Source of the DNA: a bacterium
GTDB lineage: Bacteria; Pseudomonadota; Alphaproteobacteria; Rs-D84; CACZYB01
NCBI GenBank assembly: GCA_024692925.1
Contig: JAILLX010000088.1
Location: forward strand, 152 to 64,151
Reading direction: 5' to 3'
DNA: 64,000 nt
The first letter of the stretch is position 1. The number at the start of each line of letters is the position of its first letter. This document shows positions 57,339 to 64,000 of this stretch, one piece after another. Both the position numbers and the translations under genes were made by a program. The notes below the pieces were generated by a model that searched no databases, was not told the origin of the DNA, and saw only the letters and a program-made list of their open reading frames with translations.

Positions 57339-59318
57339 TTAAATATCCAAATCTTTGGTAAACTTTGCTCCTTCCTGAATAAATCGAAAACGATAATCCG
57401 GATTTTTACCCATAAGATTCGCAACCAAGTTTTTCGTATTTTGCAAATCTTCCAATCCCTCTTCTGTCTTTGGTGGAATTTCGATTCGCAAAAGTTGTCT
57501 TGTTTTTGGATCCATTGTTGTTTCCTTCAACTGTGATGGCATCATTTCACCAAGACCTTTGAATCGATTAATTTCAACTTTCTTACCTTTGAAATGCTTT
57601 GCAATAATCCTATCTTTTTCTTCATCATCCATCGCATAGAACGAAGTCTTTCCATCCGTCACCTTAAAAAGAGGAGGAAGAGCAATATAAAGATGTCCAT
57701 TTTGAATCAAATCAGGCATCTGTTCAAGGAAAAATGTCATAAGAAGGGAGGCAATATGTGCACCATCCACATCGGCATCAGTCATAATAATAACCCTGTC
57801 GTAACGAAGTTTATCTTCGTTATAATCACGACCAACACCACAACCAATCGCCTCTGTAATATCTTGAATTTCCTTGTTTGCCTGAAGTTTTTCATTACTC
57901 GAACTTGCAACATTCAAAATTTTACCACGAAGTGGAAGTATCGCCTGTGTAAGTCGGTTTCTTGCCTGCTTTGCCGAACCACCCGCAGAATCTCCCTCAA
58001 CAATAAACATCTCTGTATCACTTCTATCCTTACTCGAACAATCAGCAAGTTTTCCCGGAAGACGAAGTTTTTTCGTAGGAGTTTTACGAAGTGTTTCCTT
58101 TAATTTTTTAAGTTTCAACCTTGCTTCACTTTTTTCAACTATATAATCAAGCAAAAGGTTTGCTTCCTTTGGATTCGATGTAAGGTAATAATCGAAATAA
58201 TCCTTTACCGCATTATCAACTAACCTTGTTGCCTCAGCCGATGAAAACTTTTCCTTTGTCTGGCCCTGAAATTGTGGATTTTTGAAAAACAAAGATAAAA
58301 TCACAACTGCATCATCAAAAACATCTTCGGTAATAACATTTGAAAACTTTTTATTTCCAACCATATCCGCAAAATTTTTAAGACTCCTAAGCACTGCTGA
58401 TTTAAGTCCGGATTCGTGTGTTCCACCTTCTGGTGTTGGAATAGTATTACAGTAAGAATTTAAAAATCCACCATCATTTCCCTCTTCGTGCGGAGTATCA
58501 ATCCACGACATCGCAACCTCAACCTTTCCCATTTCGGATGCAAGATTCGATTCGCTATAGAAAATATTTGAAACGACTTGTGGCCTTGTTTTAATAGTTT
58601 CAGCCAAATAATCTTTAATTCCATTTGGAAAACAAAGCACAGTTTCCGCCGGCACATTTCCATCCTGTGGAAGCAAAGATTCGTCACACTTCCAATTTAT
58701 TTTTACCCCTTTAAAAAGGAACGCCTTTGACCTTATCATTCTGTAAAGTCGCAAAGGTTTAAATATATTATTTTCCCCAAAAATTTCAGCATCAGGTTTA
58801 AATGTAATCTTTGTTCCCCGTGTCTTTGTCTTTCCAATAATTTCCAACTTTGTTTGTGGAATACCACGTGAATATTTTTGTGAATAAATATTTCCATCAC
58901 GGAAAACTTCCACATTCATAAATTCAGAAAGTGCATTCACAACCGATGATCCCACACCATGAAGTCCACCCGATGTTTGATAAACTTTATTCGAAAACTT
59001 TCCACCACTATGAAGTGTAGTCAAAATAACTTCCAACGCAGATTTTTCTGGATACTTTGGATGATTATCAACCGGAATACCACGACCATTATCTGTCACA
59101 CAAATTGTATTATCAGGAAAAAGTTCCACCCAAATTTCGTTTGCAAAACCTGCACCAACTTCATCCATGGAATTATCAACAATTTCCGAAACCAAATGAT
59201 GAAGTGCAGTTGCATCAATACCACCAATATACATACCTGGACGAAGTCTTACTGGCTCCAAACCTTCTAAAACTTGAATATCCTTTGCTGAATATGAACT
59301 TTCTACCATAATACTCAC
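57339..59318 (-). CDS. parE: type IIA topoisomerase ATPase subunit, most likely topoisomerase IV subunit B (ParE) by length
   Basis: 659 aa; LEGLEPVRLRPGMYIGG, GHKL ATPase and Toprim (EGDSAGGSAKQ) motifs; too short for alphaproteobacterial GyrB. Confidence 0.75.
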   Translation of the reverse strand: MSIMVESSYSAKDIQVLEGLEPVRLRPGMYIGGIDATALHHLVSEIVDNSMDEVGAGFANEIWVELFPDNTICVTDNGRGIPVDNHPKYPEKSALEVILTTLHSGGKFSNKVYQTSGGLHGVGSSVVNALSEFMNVEVFRDGNIYSQKYSRGIPQTKLEIIGKTKTRGTKITFKPDAEIFGENNIFKPLRLYRMIRSKAFLFKGVKINWKCDESLLPQDGNVPAETVLCFPNGIKDYLAETIKTRPQVVSNIFYSESNLASEMGKVEVAMSWIDTPHEEGNDGGFLNSYCNTIPTPEGGTHESGLKSAVLRSLKNFADMVGNKKFSNVITEDVFDDAVVILSLFFKNPQFQGQTKEKFSSAEATRLVDNAVKDYFDYYLTSNPKEANLLLDYIVEKSEARLKLKKLKETLRKTPTKKLRLPGKLADCSSKDRSDTEMFIVEGDSAGGSAKQARNRLTQAILPLRGKILNVASSSNEKLQANKEIQDITEAIGCGVGRDYNEDKLRYDRVIIMTDADVDGAHIASLLMTFFLEQMPDLIQNGHLYIALPPLFKVTDGKTSFYAMDDEEKDRIIAKHFKGKKVEINRFKGLGEMMPSQLKETTMDPKTRQLLRIEIPPKTEEGLEDLQNTKNLVANLMGKNPDYRFRFIQEGAKFTKDLDI

Positions 59319-59415
59319 CTCTTTAAATTACTTGAAAACTATACTTTTTTTATTTGCAAAAGGCAAGTTTTTTTAATAAACTAAAAAGCAATAAAAAAAG
59401 AAAGGGAGATAAAAA

Positions 59416-61056
59416 GTGAATTTCGAAGAAATACAAAGTTATAATCAATTAAAAAAACATTCTGTGTTTTTAAGCGATGCTACAATTTACAGTTTATTTA
59501 AACAAGACAAAGACAGATTTTCAAAATTTTCACAATCATTCAGCGACATACTTTTTGACTTTTCAAAAAATTTAATTGATGAAAAAGCATTTGACCTTCT
59601 TTTAAAAAGTGCCGAACAATTAGAATTAAAAGAAAAAATTCGTGATATGTTTGATGGTGTAAAAATCAACTCTACCGAAAGACGAAGCGTTCTTCATACC
59701 GCACTTCGTTCAAAATCCCAAAGCATAAAGGTTGATGGTAAAAACATTATGGATGATATAAAATCCACAAACAAAGCAATGTATACCTTTGCTGAAAATG
59801 TTCGAAATGGTGTTTTCAAGGGAATAAATGGAACAAGGATTCTTGATGTCGTAAATATCGGCATTGGTGGTTCATACCTTGGTCCACTTATGGCAACCGA
59901 AGCACTTAAACCATACAAAACACCACTTATTAACTTTCATTTTGTTTCAAATGTTGATGGTACTGATATAAAGGAAACATTAAAAAAGTTATCACCTGAA
60001 ACAACATTATTCATAATCGCAAGTAAAACTTTTACAACTGATGAAACAATGACAAACGCCGAAACTGCAAAGGAATGGATTGTAAAAACATTAGGTCAAA
60101 ATGCCATAGGTTATCATTTCTGTGCCGTAAGTTCCAATGTCGATTTGGCTGTGAAATTTGGTATAAAGAAAGAAAATATTTTTGGATTCGGCAACTATGT
60201 TGGTGGAAGATATTCTATGTGGGGTCCAATCGGTCTTCCATTGCTTATTGCAATTGGTTCTGAAAAATTTAATGAATTTCTTGATGGTGCAAGAAAAGCT
60301 GATGAGCATTTTCTAAACACTCCATTTGAAAAAAACATTCCTGTTATTATGGCACTTCTTTCTATATGGAATGTTAATTTTTTGGGAATCACCGCCGAAG
60401 CCGTACTTCCATACGATAATTATTTAAGATATGTTCCACTATATCTTCAACAACTTGTCATGGAAAGTAATGGTAAATCCATTGACAGAAACGGCAAACC
60501 TGTTTCATATAAAACCTGCCCTGTTGTATTTGGTGAAGTTGGTACCAACGGACAACATTCATTCTATCAACTTTTGCATCAGGGAACAGAAAAGATTCTT
60601 TGTGATTTCATACTTCCTGTAATTTCACATAATGAAACTGGTATGCATCAAGAAAAACTTCTTGCAAATGGCATTGCCCAAACCGAAGCATTGATGAAGG
60701 GTAAATCACCAAAAGAAGTATTTGAAGAATTAAAGGAACAAAAACTTTCCGATGCCGAAATTGCAAAACTTTTACCATACAAAGTTTTTACCGGCAACCG
60801 TCCATCAAACACATTTTTAATAAAGGAAATAACACCTGAAACATTCGGAATGTTAATTGCTTTTTACGAACATAAAACTTTCGTAGAAGGTGTATTTTGG
60901 AACATTAATTCATTCGATCAATTCGGTGTTGAACTTGGCAAACAACTTGCAAAAAGAGTTTTAACAGATTTACAAAATCCATCAATGGATTTATTGAATG
61001 AATACGATTCTTCTACTGCAAGTTTAATTGAAATAGTAAAGGATATAAGAAAATAA
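59416..61056 (+). CDS. pgi: glucose-6-phosphate isomerase
   Basis: 546 aa; ..INSTERRSVLHTALR.., GIGGSYLGP, ..QLVMESNGK.. PGI signatures. Confidence 0.9.
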   Translation: MNFEEIQSYNQLKKHSVFLSDATIYSLFKQDKDRFSKFSQSFSDILFDFSKNLIDEKAFDLLLKSAEQLELKEKIRDMFDGVKINSTERRSVLHTALRSKSQSIKVDGKNIMDDIKSTNKAMYTFAENVRNGVFKGINGTRILDVVNIGIGGSYLGPLMATEALKPYKTPLINFHFVSNVDGTDIKETLKKLSPETTLFIIASKTFTTDETMTNAETAKEWIVKTLGQNAIGYHFCAVSSNVDLAVKFGIKKENIFGFGNYVGGRYSMWGPIGLPLLIAIGSEKFNEFLDGARKADEHFLNTPFEKNIPVIMALLSIWNVNFLGITAEAVLPYDNYLRYVPLYLQQLVMESNGKSIDRNGKPVSYKTCPVVFGEVGTNGQHSFYQLLHQGTEKILCDFILPVISHNETGMHQEKLLANGIAQTEALMKGKSPKEVFEELKEQKLSDAEIAKLLPYKVFTGNRPSNTFLIKEITPETFGMLIAFYEHKTFVEGVFWNINSFDQFGVELGKQLAKRVLTDLQNPSMDLLNEYDSSTASLIEIVKDIRK

Positions 61057-62820
61057 ATGTCTATCAGAGTATTATCACAAAATTTAATAAACCAAATTGC
61101 TGCTGGTGAAGTAATCGAACGCCCAGCCAGTGTTGTAAAAGAACTTATGGAAAACTCAATTGATGCTGGTGCAACAAAAATTGAAATTACTGTTCGTGAT
61201 GCCGGTAAATCATATATTTGTGTTTGTGATAATGGTTCTGGTATGAACAAAGATGATTTACAAAGTTGTATTCTTCGTCATGCGACATCAAAACTTCCAA
61301 CCGATGATTTGATGAACATAAATTACCTTGGATTCCGTGGCGAAGCGATTCCATCTATCGCCTCTGTTTCAAAAATGAAAATTACAACAAACGATGGCAA
61401 TGAATGTTGGTGTTTGGAAATAGAAAACGGCGATGTAAAAAAACTTTCTCCGGCAAGTAATACAAAGGGAACAAAAATTGAAGTTTCAAATTTATTTTAT
61501 ACCGTTCCTGCACGACTTAATTTTTTAAAAACTGATCGTGGCGAAATGTCAACTATAATTGATACAGTCGAAAGAATTGCCCTTTGCCATCCAGATAAAA
61601 CTTTTATCTTAAATGATACTTTGGTACTTCGCCCAACAGATAAACTTTCACGTGTATGTTCCGTCCTTGGAAAAGATTTTAAACAAAATGCGATTGAGGT
61701 AAATGCCGAAGCACACAACCTTAAAATCGAAGGGTTTATTTGTCGCCCAACATATACAAAGGGAACATCTGCAAACCAATATCTTTATGTCAATGGTCGA
61801 AGCCTAAAAGATAAACTTTTATTCGGTGCATTAAAGGCTGGATATATGGATACAATGGAAAAGGGTAAATACCCAAGTGTTTGTCTTTGGCTTACTATTC
61901 CTAACTCTGATATTGATGTAAACGTCCATCCGCAAAAGGCCGAGATTCGTTTTAAGGAACAAGGTTTAATTCGTGGTGTTCTTATAAATGTAATAAGAAA
62001 ACATATTGCCGAAGCTCCGGTAAACCCAAATGTTATAAATTTAAAAGATTCGTTTAAACCACAAAGTTTTAATTCGAAAATTTTGGATTTGAATACTAAT
62101 GTACAACAAAATAATTTTTCCCAAACTTCAAACAATTTTAATTTTGTTGCAGAAAATGTTCAAACATCATTTGATAATAAAATTTTACCACTAAGTATAA
62201 ACAAGGAAACAATCGCAACTGATTCGCCTGCTGACTATATTACTTATCCACTTGGAACTGCACGTGGACAATTGCATAATACCTACATTATTTCACAAAC
62301 AACTGATGGTATTGTTATTGTGGACCAACACGCATGCCACGAAAGATTAGTTTATGAAAAAATCAAACGACAACTCGCCGAAGGTGGTATCAAACGTCAA
62401 ATTATGCTTATACCTGAAATTGTTGAACTTGGTGAAAAAAAGGCAGGTGCAGTTTTAGATATTGCCGATGAACTTGAAAAATTTGGTTTACTTATCGAAG
62501 AATTTGGCAAAGGTGCCATTGTGATTCGTGAAATGCCATCACTTCTTGGTGATGCTGATTTGCAGGGATTAATCAAACAAATTGCCGAAGATATTGATGA
62601 CTTGAATAAGGCAAAAATTCTTGAAAATAAAATTGCAATGATGGCAAAAACTTATGCGTGTCATACCTCGATTCGTGCCGGTAAAACATTAACCATTGAT
62701 GAAATGAACGAACTTTTAAGACAGGTCGAAGCATCCGAAAATGCGGGCGAATGTAATCACGGTCGACGTGCCTATATCAAAATGAATCTTTATGATTTAG
62801 GAAAACTTTTCGACAGATAA
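61057..62820 (+). CDS. mutL: DNA mismatch repair protein MutL
   Basis: 587 aa; N-terminal GHKL ATPase (IAAGEVIERPASVVKELMENSIDAGA, DNGSGM) and C-terminal dimerisation domain. Confidence 0.9.
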   Translation: MSIRVLSQNLINQIAAGEVIERPASVVKELMENSIDAGATKIEITVRDAGKSYICVCDNGSGMNKDDLQSCILRHATSKLPTDDLMNINYLGFRGEAIPSIASVSKMKITTNDGNECWCLEIENGDVKKLSPASNTKGTKIEVSNLFYTVPARLNFLKTDRGEMSTIIDTVERIALCHPDKTFILNDTLVLRPTDKLSRVCSVLGKDFKQNAIEVNAEAHNLKIEGFICRPTYTKGTSANQYLYVNGRSLKDKLLFGALKAGYMDTMEKGKYPSVCLWLTIPNSDIDVNVHPQKAEIRFKEQGLIRGVLINVIRKHIAEAPVNPNVINLKDSFKPQSFNSKILDLNTNVQQNNFSQTSNNFNFVAENVQTSFDNKILPLSINKETIATDSPADYITYPLGTARGQLHNTYIISQTTDGIVIVDQHACHERLVYEKIKRQLAEGGIKRQIMLIPEIVELGEKKAGAVLDIADELEKFGLLIEEFGKGAIVIREMPSLLGDADLQGLIKQIAEDIDDLNKAKILENKIAMMAKTYACHTSIRAGKTLTIDEMNELLRQVEASENAGECNHGRRAYIKMNLYDLGKLFDR

Positions 62821-62883
62821 AAACTCCTTGCTTTTAATCACGATTCTGTGTATTATATATGTATAAAATATAAGGAGGATAAT

Positions 62884-63234
62884 ATGAAAAAATTTTTATT
62901 TGGTATAGTTGCATCGCTTTCACTTTTTGCATGTTCAACCGCTGAAAAACCTGCACTCGAAGTTGTAGAAGATAGACAAATTGAATCCGCTATTCCTCAG
63001 GAGTTCATATCTGCATTCACTGAAAGTTCAAATGAAACATGTATTGAAAGCGGTAATGATATAAATGATTGCCAATGTTATTCAAACGAAATTGTTTCAA
63101 CATTTACAGCCAATGATTTTTCAAAGATTATCGATTCTATAAATAACTCCGAAGATTTTAATGAAATTGTTCAGGATCCAGAAATCGGACCAAAAATAAT
63201 TAATGCTTCAATAAAATGTTTTAATAAAGATTAA
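62884..63234 (+). CDS. hypothetical lipoprotein (start at MKKFLFG after AAGGAGG)
   Basis: Lipobox SLFACS; 4 Cys; small. Confidence 0.45.
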   Translation: MKKFLFGIVASLSLFACSTAEKPALEVVEDRQIESAIPQEFISAFTESSNETCIESGNDINDCQCYSNEIVSTFTANDFSKIIDSINNSEDFNEIVQDPEIGPKIINASIKCFNKD

Positions 63235-63242
63235 AAAAAATT

Positions 63243-63268
63243 TCCCCCTCTAATCAGAGGGGGTTTTA
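63243..63268 (+). terminator. rho-independent terminator
   Basis: ccccctc taat cagaggggg hairpin + T-run. Confidence 0.55.
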
Positions 63269-63285
63269 ATTACAATCAATAAACA

Positions 63286-63900
63286 TTAATGTGCAAAGAT
63301 ATCATCTTCACCAAAACCATTCAAATCCAAAGCACACCTTGTTGGTAAAAATTTAAAGGCATCCTTTGCATAATCCAAACGATTCTCTCTTTTTAACTTT
63401 TCAATTAAAATATCCTTGATTCGGTGAAGATATTCCACATCACCCGCCGCATATTTAATTTGTTTTTCCGAAAGATGAGGCACCGCCCAATCACTTGTTT
63501 GTTCATCCTTATTCAAATCGATATCAAACATTTCTTTTACCAAAGCCTTTAAACTATGTTTATCAGTCGATGTTCTGGAAAGTTTTGACGCAATCTTTGT
63601 GCAAAAAATCGGAGCCACATCCACACCCAAACATTTTTTAATCATTGCAACATCAAACCTTGCAAAATGAAAAATTTTTTCAATCTTTGGATTCGCAAGT
63701 AATGATTTTAAATTAGGACAATTATACGGAGGATTAACTTTTACAACATAAATAATTCCCTTCCCATCCGTAAGCTGTACAACACAAAGTCTATCCCTAA
63801 GCATAGAAAGCCCAGTCGCTTCTGTATCCACAGCAATAGATTTTGAAAATTTAAGATTCTTTGGAAGATCTCCTTCTAAATATATGATTTTATTTTCCAT
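63286..63900 (-). CDS. rnd: 3'-5' exonuclease domain protein (RNase D-like, DEDDy family)
   Basis: 204 aa; AVDTEATGL exo I motif, FHFARFD, Y..D motif. Confidence 0.78.
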   Translation of the reverse strand: MENKIIYLEGDLPKNLKFSKSIAVDTEATGLSMLRDRLCVVQLTDGKGIIYVVKVNPPYNCPNLKSLLANPKIEKIFHFARFDVAMIKKCLGVDVAPIFCTKIASKLSRTSTDKHSLKALVKEMFDIDLNKDEQTSDWAVPHLSEKQIKYAAGDVEYLHRIKDILIEKLKRENRLDYAKDAFKFLPTRCALDLNGFGEDDIFAH

Positions 63901-64000
63901 TTTTACACCTCATAAAATTTTACATAAAAACATTATAGTATGATTCTTAAATCAAAGCAAGAAACAATTTACCGATTCTTTCCCAAAAAATCTAAGGTTT

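Noticed and set aside
57339-59318. Calling this gene gyrB
   Set aside because: At 659 aa it lacks the ~150-aa insertion present in alphaproteobacterial/proteobacterial GyrB, and the N-terminus (LEGLEPVRLRPGMY) is ParE-like. The product is annotated as ParE with moderate confidence; a GyrB of unusually short type cannot be excluded without phylogeny.

Overview
This window is AT-rich (roughly 30-35% GC by eye) and densely coded. The GroEL sequence and a long-linker FtsZ are alphaproteobacterial in type, and the low GC suggests a host-associated lineage. Housekeeping genes and operons include tyrS, groES-groEL, hup, rmuC, def-(GNAT)-fmt-truA, tsaB, rsmA/ksgA, rpsF-rpsR-rplI, infC, M16 peptidase, dut, clpP, rimP-nusA-infB, parE, pgi, mutL and an RNase D-like exonuclease. 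There are four tRNAs (Phe, Cys, Val, Glu) and a partial tandem duplicate of the tRNA-Glu 3' end.

The most unusual part is an ~18 kb block, ~9.7-28.3 kb, on the minus strand. It carries a rearranged T7-like podovirus head/tail/packaging module. The module comprises portal, major capsid, tail tubular proteins A and B, a gp13-like protein, a possible scaffold, a possible holin, and a large terminase encoded as two separate ORFs ~8 kb apart (ATPase half and nuclease half). No integrase, replication genes, RNA polymerase, tail fiber or internal core genes are visible.

The bacterial ftsZ gene, a tRNA-Phe, two secreted Gly-rich proteins and a ~1 kb highly structured non-coding region sit inside this block. 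A histone H1-like Lys/Ala-repeat protein lies next to the capsid gene. The block is bounded by an XRE regulator on one side and an OmpR-type winged-helix regulator plus a TraT-like lipoprotein on the other. I read it as a candidate domesticated, possibly gene-transfer-agent-like, T7-type particle cluster; this is a hypothesis only.

Other notable items:
- A family of three secreted proteins sharing a signal peptide followed by a basic Ser/Arg/Ala-rich N-terminal module; one of them carries eukaryote-like CxxC..G.Y cysteine-rich repeats.
- A MacAB-TolC-like four-gene exporter next to these proteins.
- A palindromic hairpin repeat family (gtcaYcctgaacttgtttcaggRtc) with compensatory stem changes, present at 19.7 kb and 41.9-42.4 kb, where inverted copies flank a small GIY-YIG gene.
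- A GC-richer structured intergenic element upstream of dut.
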